Part shown: piece by piece, positions 1 to 9,166 of the stretch
Numbering within the stretch: position 1 is the stretch's first letter
How the letters are laid out: each line of letters begins with the position of its first letter
Sequence record: NC_048195.1
From: Escherichia phage vB_EcoM_WFC
Reading direction: 5' to 3' (one strand)
DNA: 64,000 nt
Notes under the pieces: model-generated
What the model was told of the DNA's origin: nothing
The model's input: only the letters and a program-made list of their open reading frames with translations
The model's database searches: none
Made by a program: the position numbers and the translations under genes

Positions 1-68
1 ATTTTAAAAACATTTATATTAATTTTTTTCATATCCTCATACTTATGTTAATTTATATATTTAACGTA

Positions 69-131
69 TTATCCGTAAGATATAAGTAAAAACAAAGACT
101 TGCGGCAATACGGATGATACGTCATGATACG
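69..131. repeat. Iteron-like repeat units (TTATCCGTA; ACGGATGATACG-TCATGATACG) in AT-rich region
   Basis: Read directly: attatccgtaag at 69-80 and atacggatgatacgtcatgatacg at 108-131; same unit family recurs at 15969-16234. Confidence 0.5.
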
Positions 132-335
132 CTTCGACCAGCCAGCAGCGGCTAAGTCATTGATTTGCATAACAAGCGGCAAAAGGGATGGATTTCTTTT
201 ATACGTATCAAACAGTACACCACGCACCACGGTCCGCAATCCACGCAGCATTATGATTTGTGTACTTTTATAGCCATAATGAACATCAATCTGCACTTGA
301 ATATAATGTCCATCCATTGTATAATTCACACTATT

Positions 336-1543
336 AATTTGCACTATGGGATTTTGCACTATGAGTCAAGATTATGTAGCGATGCCTGAAGACTTTGAAG
401 ACCCGCGATTCGCAGAGCACAATCAGGCTTTATTCGATGAGTTCATTGACCTTGTTATTCAGGGCCATGACATGCGCGCAGCTTTTGCACTAGTATTTGG
501 AATGGAAGTTGCAACGGATAACTACACTGGCCAGCGAATCCTTTGCACGCAACGCAATCCATACTACAAGATGCGCTTCAAAAAGCGTATGGAAGAGATG
601 CCACTCAAGGATTTGTGGAGCGTAAAAGGTGCAATTCACAATTTGGTCAAGCTTGTGCGTGATCCAGAAGTCGCGGCGTCAGCCAAGCTTAATGCTATTC
701 GTGAACTGAATATCATCTACGGCATCACGATGATTGATGAAAACGGCAATAGTAAAATGGGCCGTTCCATGGACGATTTCTACAAGGATTTCGGAGAGGC
801 GGCCAAAGAAGGCGAGCAATTTTCCCGCCACTAGCCAATTTGCACTATAAAACGGCCCTAGAACACATTTTCTCCACTTCTAGGGCCATCGGTAATACGA
901 CGGGGAAGGTTGCAACCATAAACGCGTTAGAAAGTGTATTATTATAAGTCATCTTTTAGTCACTTTACGTAACAATTTACGACCTTCAACCGTCCAATCG
1001 AACGACTCCACCAGCAGATTCGCACTATAACCTAAGACGATGCGCCCTTTCTCGTTATCGACCCGCCAACAAGTCTCGAATAGCATTCGATTTGCACTAT
1101 TAACTATTGCCGCAACTCGCGTAGGATAAGCGCAATTTGCACTATGGTCGTAAAGGGATAAGGTGCGACCACTTCCGATGGACAACGTAGCGATGAGAAT
1201 AAGCGTATTCATAAGCCACCAATTTGCACTATGAAAAGCGACCCCGAAGGGCCGCCATTCGATTAGATAATCTGGAAGGTATAGGACTTGTTGCCGAACT
1301 CGAAGTTCAAGCGTCCAGCTTCTTTAAGCTTCATGCGGAAGCGAATGTGCTTGCTATCCGGTAAGCCCAGCGCGGCGAACGCTACGCGGACCGATTTGAA
1401 CTCGCCTACACCCTCGACCATAACGCCGTTACGGGTAAGACGCTTTTGCGCCACTTCCTTATTATCCCAACTTTTTGCAATGCCTTCGCTATTCGAACGG
1501 CGATGGGAAGGAGTTCCATTTTGCACTACGCAATTTGCACTAT
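336..1543. repeat. Dispersed 12-bp motif AATTTGCACTAT (about 9 copies incl. variants)
   Basis: Copies read at 336-347, 351-362, 837-848, 1018-1028 (ATTCGCACTAT), 1089-1100, 1134-1145, 1221-1232, 1518-1529 (..CACTAC), 1532-1543; two tandem pairs spaced about 14-15 bp. Confidence 0.6.
346..834 (+). CDS. Hypothetical protein (162 aa)
   Basis: Six-frame ORF; alternative in-frame ATG at 361; both starts sit directly after a GCACTAT motif copy. Confidence 0.5.
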   Translation: MGFCTMSQDYVAMPEDFEDPRFAEHNQALFDEFIDLVIQGHDMRAAFALVFGMEVATDNYTGQRILCTQRNPYYKMRFKKRMEEMPLKDLWSVKGAIHNLVKLVRDPEVAASAKLNAIRELNIIYGITMIDENGNSKMGRSMDDFYKDFGEAAKEGEQFSRH

Positions 1544-1889
1544 CGTTTAAACCGCTCTTAACGAAGGCTTCATACTCTTCGTCGGTCATCGCGTCGAGTT
1601 CTTCCTGCGTCGGCTCGGCCTTTTTAACGACCGCACGCGCCTTATGCGTTTTTACATCGCTGGACACTTCCTCGCGAGACTTCGCGTCGGGGATGGGCGA
1701 TTCGTTGGACGGCTCATCGAGCGCGTTTAAGGACTCGATTAACGCTATTACGCGAGTCTCGGCGGTCCGGCGGTCCGCAAATTTTTTAATCGGCTTCGAA
1801 CCGGAATTTGCATTATAAAATGCAACGAGGTCGGCGGTCTTAGTTGCGATAACGTCGCCGCTAGTCGAGAAACGATTTAAGCTAACCAT
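1263..1889 (-). CDS. Hypothetical protein (208 aa)
   Basis: Long ORF with protein-like composition; lies in CG-dinucleotide-rich island with distinct codon usage. Confidence 0.5.
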   Translation of the reverse strand: MVSLNRFSTSGDVIATKTADLVAFYNANSGSKPIKKFADRRTAETRVIALIESLNALDEPSNESPIPDAKSREEVSSDVKTHKARAVVKKAEPTQEELDAMTDEEYEAFVKSGLNDSANCVVQNGTPSHRRSNSEGIAKSWDNKEVAQKRLTRNGVMVEGVGEFKSVRVAFAALGLPDSKHIRFRMKLKEAGRLNFEFGNKSYTFQII

Positions 1890-1969
1890 AATGAACTCCT
1901 ATTTGTTAGGGCGCTAGGCGCGAAAGAATTTTATTAAAGCGCCGCGCACGACGCTCTAAAAATCCTCTC

Positions 1970-2284
1970 TTACTCTTCGTCATCTTCGATTAATTCGAGG
2001 GCGAAGGCGTAAGCTTTGCTATCGTAATTAACTAAAACGGCGAGTTCGAACTCGTTAATAAACGCCGTTTTACCGCATAAATTTAATTCCGCATCGACTT
2101 CGAAGAATCCGTTTTCGTCGCGCTCTAAGCGAGAAGCAGCGAGTTGCTCGATTACCGTCGCGTCGTTAATTTCTTCGCCTAAGCGAACGCCGGAGAATTT
2201 CGCGAGAATTTCGCCGTAAGTAAGCGTAACGCCCTGGACTTCGGCGGTTGCGTTTTCGAGGGTAAAGCGGGTAACGATAGCCAT
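1970..2284 (-). CDS. Hypothetical acidic protein (104 aa)
   Basis: ORF ending in acidic tail EDDEE; same island composition. Confidence 0.5.
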   Translation of the reverse strand: MAIVTRFTLENATAEVQGVTLTYGEILAKFSGVRLGEEINDATVIEQLAASRLERDENGFFEVDAELNLCGKTAFINEFELAVLVNYDSKAYAFALELIEDDEE

Positions 2285-2424
2285 AATAAACTCCTAGTTG
2301 GGAGAGGCGTTAACGACCTATTCGTTAACTCATCCCGTCCCGATATGAGTACATTATAATATAGTGTAGAAAAAAGTAAAGCACTTTTTCGATAAAAATG
2401 CGATAAATTATTTTATCTTTTTTC

Positions 2425-2452
2425 TTTACTTCTTCGTACACTCGCGTATACT
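2425..2452 (+). promoter_or_regulatory. sigma70-like promoter (TTTACT-N16-TATACT) with conserved leader
   Basis: -35 TTTACT 2425-2430, -10 TATACT 2447-2452; 19-bp block CTTTACTTCTTCGTACACT identical to copy at 2823-2841. Confidence 0.4.
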
Positions 2453-2508
2453 TGTTTATATCGAGACGGGCGATGGCCCTTTCTTCTACTAGCATCGGGA
2501 GCTTTATT

Positions 2509-2811
2509 ATGACTACTTTAATCTCTTCCATCCTTACTTACGACGAAGACCGCTTAACCGTTCGCTCTCTTATCGCCGCCGTTAACGCGGAACTAGAATC
2601 TAGCGCCATTAAGGTCCGCGCGGTCGCCTTCATCGGCCTTTCCTTCGACGATATGAAGTATGCCGAACGTAGCGCCATCCGCTTCGCGAAGACCGACGAC
2701 GAAGCCGTTACCCTTATCGAGACGGTTACGCCGCGCGGCGAAGCGTTAATTATCGTCGAGTATATCGACGTAGAAGGCGATAAATCTTATAAACATTTTA
2801 TCGCAGAATAA
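2509..2811 (+). CDS. Hypothetical protein (100 aa)
   Basis: ATG at 2509 preceded by GGGAG RBS; track ORF begins at an upstream TTG (2452). Confidence 0.55.
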   Translation: MTTLISSILTYDEDRLTVRSLIAAVNAELESSAIKVRAVAFIGLSFDDMKYAERSAIRFAKTDDEAVTLIETVTPRGEALIIVEYIDVEGDKSYKHFIAE

Positions 2812-2823
2812 CGAAAAAAGTGC

Positions 2824-2852
2824 TTTACTTCTTCGTACACTAAGACTATAAT
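2824..2852 (+). promoter_or_regulatory. sigma70-like promoter (TTTACT-N17-TATAAT) with conserved leader
   Basis: -35 TTTACT 2824-2829, -10 TATAAT 2847-2852; shares TTTATATCGAGA-GGG leader element with promoter at 2425. Confidence 0.45.
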
Positions 2853-2919
2853 GTTTTATATCGAGAGGGGATGAGGTAGCGAATAGGTCGCTACCCTCCC
2901 GACTAACTAGGAGAATATT

Positions 2920-3210
2920 ATGATTACTTTAGCCGCTATCCGTTCCGCTCGCGTCGAAACTTCCGAAAACTCTAACGTATTTGGCGAAAAACTTAAAAAC
3001 GTTTATCTTTTTAACGTAGATGCGACTATCGAGGAGCTTCATAGTCCTATCGATTTTAGCGAATTTACGGAACTCGAAGAGGAAGATATTTCTACCTTCC
3101 GCGTTACTATCGAAGGCAAGGTTTATTTTGCTACGGAGTTCGGCGGCGAATATCTCGCGGTATCCGAAGGCGAAGGCCGTTACTCTTTCTTTAAAATCGT
3201 TTCCTTATAA
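2920..3210 (+). CDS. Hypothetical protein (96 aa)
   Basis: ATG at 2920 preceded by AGGAGA RBS. Confidence 0.55.
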   Translation: MITLAAIRSARVETSENSNVFGEKLKNVYLFNVDATIEELHSPIDFSEFTELEEEDISTFRVTIEGKVYFATEFGGEYLAVSEGEGRYSFFKIVSL

Positions 3211-3229
3211 TACCCATCCGTTACTAATA

Positions 3230-3255
3230 GGCCGCGCTTAGTCGCGGCTTTTCTT
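3230..3255 (+). terminator. Rho-independent terminator
   Basis: GCCGCG stem / CGCGGC with 6-nt loop followed by TTTTCTT, directly after stop at 3210. Confidence 0.6.
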
Positions 3256-3375
3256 CGTCCCTATCTCGATGCGCTTCTCCGCGAAAACTCCTTTATCCTT
3301 CCCTTCGTCGTCGCATAATCTTCGTCGAGATGCGCCTTAGTTCGCATAACAGGTATTACGTTAAATGGAGAACAT

Positions 3376-3448
3376 CGCGTAAGTCGTTGTTTTATATAGA
3401 CACCTATATCGGACCGTTAGCGAGGGTCGCGTAAGTCGTTGTTTTATA
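3376..3448. repeat. 21-bp direct repeat CGCGTAAGTCGTTGTTTTATA x2
   Basis: Identical copies read at 3376-3396 and 3428-3448 in noncoding region. Confidence 0.6.
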
Positions 3449-3573
3449 AAGGCGCAAAACTTTCCCTTCGTTCCGAACTAAAACGAGGAATATGCCGACC
3501 CTTCGCCCGAAAATAGTACGCATGCGATATTACCGACATCTAGAATAATCCCTCCCGATATTATTACGCGCTC

Positions 3574-3636
3574 AATCATTAGCTTTCGAATCATTATGCT
3601 GCATACTATTATGCGCCAAATCATTAGCCTTCGAAT
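3574..3636. repeat. 18-bp direct repeat AATCATTAGC(T/C)TTCGAAT x2
   Basis: Copies at 3574-3591 and 3619-3636 (1 mismatch); TGTAACG also duplicated at 3637-3660. Confidence 0.55.
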
Positions 3637-3909
3637 TGTAACGCTGGAAACTGTAACGTCGATTGATTATTGCGTTCGTGTGGTTTTTAGGACATGGGTC
3701 TTTTGGTGCGTTTTGCTACTTGATGGAATTTGCAGTACACTAATCAAAATACGACACATTTGGTCCACTAACTTTTCAAAGAAAAAGTCCTAGACAGTAC
3801 CGTACTATTTTGTACCCACAGGAAATTTGCCGTACACTCCTGCGCGGCAGGCAAAATAAAGGGGCCGCACTAAGCGACCCACGATTCACGGTTAAATCAG
3901 CAACACCCA

Positions 3910-4290
3910 CTATTCACTCTTATGGGCATCACCAAAGCCATCAGCAATCTGGCTGATCAACGACTCAATGGACACGGTTTTACCAATTGATCGAGCGGTA
4001 ATAGCAAGCATATTATCAATCAAACCACGATTGACTTCACATGTTCCAGGCTTTGACTCATCTTTAGGACCACCAAAAAGCTGGTCGCGCAGACTTTCAA
4101 GAGAACGCTCAATATTTTCCAACTTCTCTTCTAAATCGGATTGGCGACGTAAAACCCACGTCAAGTCACGGTTGCCAACTTCCAATCCATCAGAATAGCA
4201 AGGTGGAGCGTCAATTTTGATGCTGGAACCAAAAGCAATGCCGCTGCCTTTAGTATATGTGTGGCTAATAGAATCATTTTTATTTGACAT
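3910..4290 (-). CDS. Hypothetical protein
   Basis: Start refined to ATG at 4290 (AAAGG RBS) inside track ORF 3910-4356. Confidence 0.45.
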   Translation of the reverse strand: MSNKNDSISHTYTKGSGIAFGSSIKIDAPPCYSDGLEVGNRDLTWVLRRQSDLEEKLENIERSLESLRDQLFGGPKDESKPGTCEVNRGLIDNMLAITARSIGKTVSIESLISQIADGFGDAHKSE

Positions 4291-4469
4291 ATCATTACCT
4301 TTAATATTTGGGTGATTAACAATAACTATAATAAAGCCGCATAGCGCGGCATTCAAATCGGTTTGTTAATTGTAACGATTGAATTTACTTATCCAACCAA
4401 TCAATAAGCGCAATCATGGCTACAACAAATACTGCACTTATTGCTAATATGATCAAAAACATCACGAAA

Positions 4470-4706
4470 TCAACGTTCATCAATCGATACCAATTGTGCA
4501 GGGTCGCCGGATACAGTTGCGCCGATGATACCCATCTGAGAGAAAAATTCTGAATAAACTTCCTTCCAGTACTTGCGCGCAGCTTTCTGGGCTTGACCTT
4601 TTCGCTTGTAGCTTTTACCTTGGAAGATGAAACGGTCGTTTGCCGCGTTATATTCCACCACACCTTCCAGCCATTGTAAGAATGCTACTGATTCATTTTG
4701 ATTCAT
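4470..4706 (-). CDS. Hypothetical protein (78 aa)
   Basis: ATG at 4706 preceded by GAGG RBS. Confidence 0.5.
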   Translation of the reverse strand: MNQNESVAFLQWLEGVVEYNAANDRFIFQGKSYKRKGQAQKAARKYWKEVYSEFFSQMGIIGATVSGDPAQLVSIDER

Positions 4707-4713
4707 GTTAACC

Positions 4714-5181
4714 TCAATATTTTAATAAGAAAGCACCCAACCAACTTTCCTCAATCTCGCGGCCAGTAGCCACACGGTCGGTCTTGGCTATGGGTCTGGA
4801 TTCGCCGCAGGGCAATCCGTCCTGTAGTTGTGTACTATTGCCAATTCTCACCAGAACCTTTCCATCAGGGTCGATATAAGCGCGACAACCCATGATTTCG
4901 AGTCGTTGTAGACACTGGCGAATCGTTTTCAGCTTCTCACCGGACCGGATAGAGCGCGGTCGCGACCGCTGACCGTTCTTATTCACTGTACGCTTGAAGA
5001 CCGGAATATCATTGGTGCGTTGCGGCTTGGGTCGGTAATAAGCCTCTTCGCCAGGAGTCGCACCTGGCGTCAATTCGCGCTTGAGCGCCTTTTCAATATC
5101 AATGATCATAATTATGCCGCAGCAGCGTGAATTATTGCGTAAACAATTCCTAACAGGGCGACAACGCAAATCGTGCCCCAA
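4714..5181 (-). CDS. Hypothetical basic protein
   Basis: Track ORF; real start may be internal ATG at 5109; start uncertain. Confidence 0.4.
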   Translation of the reverse strand: MGHDLRCRPVRNCLRNNSRCCGIIMIIDIEKALKRELTPGATPGEEAYYRPKPQRTNDIPVFKRTVNKNGQRSRPRSIRSGEKLKTIRQCLQRLEIMGCRAYIDPDGKVLVRIGNSTQLQDGLPCGESRPIAKTDRVATGREIEESWLGAFLLKY

Positions 5182-5214
5182 AATGCAAAGCGCCGTGCCT
5201 CTTTATCCATTTAT

Positions 5215-5490
5215 TTATCCCCCAACGTCCATGAAATTAAACACTAATTTTGCCATGTCATCTTGTGAAAAGACACTGTAGTGTTTAGGCAAATTGCTTT
5301 CTGACAATACCTTCTGGGCTTCTTCTGCTGTCTCAAATAAAGGAATGCACCAATTAACTGCATCGCCAGATTCATTGCTATCAACTTGCTTTAAGAAAAC
5401 CAAGCGGTTATCTTCAGGATCAATACCGCAGATGACATATTTAGGCAAGGCCTTTGCTTTCTGAGCTTTATCAATATCTTCAAATTTCAT
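5215..5490 (-). CDS. Hypothetical protein
   Basis: Start refined to ATG at 5490 with GAGGTG RBS. Confidence 0.5.
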   Translation of the reverse strand: MKFEDIDKAQKAKALPKYVICGIDPEDNRLVFLKQVDSNESGDAVNWCIPLFETAEEAQKVLSESNLPKHYSVFSQDDMAKLVFNFMDVGG

Positions 5491-5544
5491 AAAACACCTC
5501 ACTTGTTAACGTATAATGAGTATAACTTAATTGCGCATAAAGTA

Positions 5545-5564
5545 AAGGCGCTTTTCAGCGCCTT
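5545..5564 (-). terminator. Hairpin downstream of tail fiber gene (putative terminator)
   Basis: AAGGCGC/GCGCCTT stem with 6-nt loop; weak T-tract on minus strand. Confidence 0.35.
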
Positions 5565-5571
5565 GAGTGAA

Positions 5572-7929
5572 TTATTTCGCTGCTTTCAGCGCGACTATCT
5601 CTGCCTCTAGGGATTCAACTTTTTTCATCAACTCCTGCACCACGTGCATAGTATCCAAAAGCATAGGCGTTGTGTCAAGTTCCTTTTGTTCAACAATCTC
5701 TCCTGGATCACTGCCAACATATTTACGCGTCTTAACATATAAAGGCTCAACAACCTCTGCTTGCTGTGCAATCACGCCATGCCGAACTCGATTTTGTTCG
5801 TCATTGTCATAAATGAACTCTACAAATTCCAGACCTTGGATATTAGAGTATGACTTTTCAACGCCAACAGGAGCGATGCCGTGTTTTACACGTGAGTCAG
5901 AAGTTCCATTTTTCGTATAGCTGAAGTTTCCATAATCCGTTGATCCATATATTTGACCATCAATGTCAAAAAAGTAACGGCAGAATTTTCCATTGTCTCC
6001 ACCGATAACTACACAGGCTATGCCAAATGCGTCATTACCTGGAATATACATGTGATATCCAACCTTTGTTGGGTATCCATTAGGTCTGGTGCCGCCGATA
6101 GAATATCCGCGCACCAGAAGATCTGAGCCGCTCGAAATGGCCACCCTGTCCATTCCGTTAGTTGTCAAGGTTGATGGATTGGCGTCAGTTATTCCATTCC
6201 ATGTGCCTAAAGGCGTATACATGCGGAATGGGTTGGTCTTCCCTGACTGTCGGAAGTCAACTGTGCCATCCTCATAGAATTTATAAGCGTGTTTTGAAGC
6301 GCCTTCTGACTCTATGACGGCGGCGTTAGAAGAACCCCATAAAGAACTTGAGTACAGACGTGCAAATTGTGATAGTGATGGGTTGCTGTATTTTGACTCT
6401 ACTTTGCCGCCGATAACCACAGTATCTACTGCTGGCGCGCTTGAATCTGCGTTTATCACACTCCACTGCGTATTTGCGGCAACAAATCCACCCGATGCAC
6501 GAATCACCCAAACGCCAACGAAGTTACGGCCCATGATTTCATCTGTTGCCGCGCCATAGATTGGACTTGAGCGTGATGCATCAATGTTGATTGTATTTAA
6601 ACGTCCCTCTACTGCGCCACTTCCAACGGGGATTGTGTCTCCAGCGCCTTGAGGATACAAATCGTTGTTTGTGTAAAAAGCACCTCGGACGGCTGTGCCA
6701 AAGATTTGCGCATAAGTACCTGCCGATACGCCTGCAGCTGAACCTGTTATGTTTGGTGCAGCGGATTCAAATATTTGGCCGTTCGCAGTCGAGTTGCCGC
6801 CGTCGCCACGCCCGTACAGCGCCCGTACAGAACCTGTTTGCACACCGTTCAGGTCTGGTACACGGAAAGTGGTTGTGCCGTTGCCCAAAGAATACTTTGC
6901 ACGTTTGAACTTATCAGCAAGCCAATCAGCATCTGCGATGGGAGAAAGCATTTGTGCATATGCCCAAAGTTCAGGCCAATCGGCACGGTTTAATAGTTGA
7001 CCGTCTGCAACGACTTCATACGGCTGGATGTATGAGCGACTATTTCGAAGGTGAAAATCACCTACGCCATAGTTCATAACACCGTTCATGCTTGGGCCGA
7101 CAGTGCCAGTGTTGACTAAGTTTTCCACCCAACGCTTTGTTGCGGCATCATAATCATTTACTGGGTCACCAGCCAGCGGCGTTGAGCCTTGTGGTCGGAT
7201 GTTAAGCCACGCCTGAGCATTGTCAGCAGAGCCAGTACCGCCCATAGAAGTAGGGACAATATTTTGATCAGCAACCGTTCCGAATCCAAAAGCAGACTTC
7301 ATGCCCTGAATGGTTGTTTGGCCTGTGCCACCATTTGCCACTGGGATGGTGCTTTGCGTACTGTACATTTGCACCCAGTCCGACCATAATGATGATCCGG
7401 CATTATATAACCTTTGGTATATGGCATTAATCCAATAAGGGGTGTATCTTTGAACGCAACTTTCTCCTGCAACGCCAGTTTTATAAACTTCAAGAATCCC
7501 GGCTTGCGCAACTGGATAATTCAAGGCTGTCGATGCCCCAGCATTGGCTGATTGGTGATATTGCCCGAACCAACTTCCAGTAAGCGCATTGAGATTTATT
7601 CCGTTAGGAATTTCTCCAAAATTACGCACGGTGTTGGTCAAGGTTGCAGCAGTAGTTCGAATGGAAAGCATGTCGCCAGCCGCCCATGCGCGCGCTGCAG
7701 TTCCTTCCTGTGCACGCTGCACGGTAAGGACGTTTCCGACCACGGCTGTTACGGTGACGATTTCGAATTGTAAGCCTGTTGCAGCGTCGACGATTGTCGC
7801 CACTACGCGCTCGTTTGCGCCCAAGGTCGGAAAGCCCGACCCTGAACGAATTGTGATGGTGGTGTCTGAAGTCGTGGTTGGCTGAGCCAGTGCGACCTCA
7901 AAGTTGTTTTTGAATATTAGCCTTGGCAT
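5572..7929 (-). CDS. Tail fiber protein with tail-collar-like motif and C-terminal intramolecular chaperone-like domain
   Basis: 785 aa; motifs TFRVPDLNG, YDAATKRWVE; Gly/Thr/Asn-rich repeats; C-terminal coiled coil ...VESLEAEIVALKAAK typical of S74-type chaperone; GAGGA RBS. Confidence 0.7.
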   Translation of the reverse strand: MPRLIFKNNFEVALAQPTTTSDTTITIRSGSGFPTLGANERVVATIVDAATGLQFEIVTVTAVVGNVLTVQRAQEGTAARAWAAGDMLSIRTTAATLTNTVRNFGEIPNGINLNALTGSWFGQYHQSANAGASTALNYPVAQAGILEVYKTGVAGESCVQRYTPYWINAIYQRLYNAGSSLWSDWVQMYSTQSTIPVANGGTGQTTIQGMKSAFGFGTVADQNIVPTSMGGTGSADNAQAWLNIRPQGSTPLAGDPVNDYDAATKRWVENLVNTGTVGPSMNGVMNYGVGDFHLRNSRSYIQPYEVVADGQLLNRADWPELWAYAQMLSPIADADWLADKFKRAKYSLGNGTTTFRVPDLNGVQTGSVRALYGRGDGGNSTANGQIFESAAPNITGSAAGVSAGTYAQIFGTAVRGAFYTNNDLYPQGAGDTIPVGSGAVEGRLNTINIDASRSSPIYGAATDEIMGRNFVGVWVIRASGGFVAANTQWSVINADSSAPAVDTVVIGGKVESKYSNPSLSQFARLYSSSLWGSSNAAVIESEGASKHAYKFYEDGTVDFRQSGKTNPFRMYTPLGTWNGITDANPSTLTTNGMDRVAISSGSDLLVRGYSIGGTRPNGYPTKVGYHMYIPGNDAFGIACVVIGGDNGKFCRYFFDIDGQIYGSTDYGNFSYTKNGTSDSRVKHGIAPVGVEKSYSNIQGLEFVEFIYDNDEQNRVRHGVIAQQAEVVEPLYVKTRKYVGSDPGEIVEQKELDTTPMLLDTMHVVQELMKKVESLEAEIVALKAAK

Positions 7930-7967
7930 TTTACGGTCCTCGTTTTGTCGACAACCGTATTATAACC

Positions 7968-8309
7968 TTAATTTCTTTTGAGAGGAATATGACGATTGCT
8001 GCCATTATTTGGTTTAATAATGAGCATAAATATGATCAAAAAGATGATGGCTGATATACTTAATTCAATCAGCGCGGCCTGAGAAATGGATTGGTCTTCG
8101 TGATATTGCTTTTGCATTTCGGCCTTCTTTTGAGCGCAAACTTCAGGCGATATATAATCACCTTTTGAATTGCCATAATAGATTTCGCCGTTTTCTGAAA
8201 TAAGGCGTCCGCAAATATCTGTTTCGGCTTTTGCGCTGGACATCATAATTACAGTTCCAATGATTGCCGCGATGGTCCAGATTAGCAGTTGTGATAAGGT
8301 GTTATTCAT
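7968..8309 (-). CDS. Membrane protein (N-terminal signal/TM and C-terminal TM)
   Basis: 113 aa; hydrophobic segments at both ends. Confidence 0.5.
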   Translation of the reverse strand: MNNTLSQLLIWTIAAIIGTVIMMSSAKAETDICGRLISENGEIYYGNSKGDYISPEVCAQKKAEMQKQYHEDQSISQAALIELSISAIIFLIIFMLIIKPNNGSNRHIPLKRN

Positions 8310-8506
8310 AATAATCTCTCTTTTAAATCCCTTCCCATTTCGGGAAGGGTAATATTATTTAACGCGGTAAAACAGACGCGTTCCACACAGCGAGTCCCAA
8401 CGGCCTTCGCCATCCCATACCGACCCAACGCCAGCGGTAATTGGGCCAGCAGAATTGGCGGCATTGGCCCAGGCTAGACGTTTCAACTTCCAACTGCACC
8501 ATCGAT

Positions 8507-8740
8507 TCACAGTTCATCTCCAGATTGCAAAATAAGACCCGCATAGAGGATTGCCAAAGCCAAAGGTGCACCACCACCAGCCTCTCTATTCTCTTTGATT
8601 TGAAGAGTATCCTTAAGGAATTGCAACTGAACGTTGAATTCATTTTCAATTCCAAGAACTCCAGCCAATTCTTTTACAGAATCTGCATATGCCTTGTCTA
8701 GCAATTCTTTTGGTACTGTTAAAGTCAATTCATTTGCCAT
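8507..8740 (-). CDS. Hypothetical protein
   Basis: Start refined to ATG at 8740 inside track ORF 8507-8758. Confidence 0.4.
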   Translation of the reverse strand: MANELTLTVPKELLDKAYADSVKELAGVLGIENEFNVQLQFLKDTLQIKENREAGGGAPLALAILYAGLILQSGDEL

Positions 8741-8951
8741 TTTCTTTCCACTCCACAAATGTGCTGCCGCTTGTTTCTCTATTTAGCAGGTATCTGCCGC
8801 GCATTCCATGAAGGCTGAATTCAACCGTCGATGGATTAGATTTTGAAAGCCATATAGGTTGTCCGTCGAATGGACCGCCTATGCATGTGTATTTAGCTTT
8901 TGGCTCACTCCTTTTGGGCCGTTTTGCCCGCTCTTTGATTGATAGTCTCAT
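8730..8951 (-). CDS. Hypothetical protein (73 aa)
   Basis: ATG at 8951 with AAGGTGA RBS. Confidence 0.4.
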   Translation of the reverse strand: MRLSIKERAKRPKRSEPKAKYTCIGGPFDGQPIWLSKSNPSTVEFSLHGMRGRYLLNRETSGSTFVEWKENGK

Positions 8952-9166
8952 CAGTCTTCACCTTGAGATTCCAGACAAGTAAGGACAAGCCACGTCATCG
9001 GAAGAATCAAAACCAGAGAAATGAGGGACCAGATAGACCAGCACAAGATGACAGACTTGAATGTGTGAACGTCGCCAAACGCAGCAGTAAAACAGAATCC
9101 CATCACAAATGCAATAGCGGTGGAATGGTTGTCTATGGCTTTTATGGCACGGTCGATGAGTTTCAT
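8951..9166 (-). CDS. Small membrane protein with two TM segments (holin-like topology)
   Basis: 71 aa; two hydrophobic helices; function not established. Confidence 0.4.
   Translation of the reverse strand: MKLIDRAIKAIDNHSTAIAFVMGFCFTAAFGDVHTFKSVILCWSIWSLISLVLILPMTWLVLTCLESQGED

Noticed and set aside
69-389. ORFs 69-359 (-) and 165-389 (+) in the leftmost AT-rich region
   Set aside because: They overlap each other and the repeat/iteron sequences in a region of low-complexity AT-rich DNA; more likely noncoding regulatory sequence.
949-1212. 87-aa minus-strand ORF
   Set aside because: Its reading frame is largely built from translated copies of the AATTTGCACTAT motif; likely a repeat-region artifact.
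3580-3640. Possible tRNA suggested by TTCGAATC-like T-loop sequences
   Set aside because: The sequences are part of the 18-bp direct repeat and I could not build an acceptor stem or cloverleaf around either copy.
3376-3660. CRISPR array
   Set aside because: Direct repeats occur only twice each with irregular spacing and different sequences; no array-like periodicity anywhere in the window.
3596-3793. 65-aa ORF inside the repeat-rich noncoding region
   Set aside because: No RBS, odd composition, sits across direct repeats.
4385-4480. 31-aa TM micro-ORF at the 3' end of track ORF 4385-4663
   Set aside because: No RBS and overlaps the better-supported 4470-4706 gene; too weak to call.
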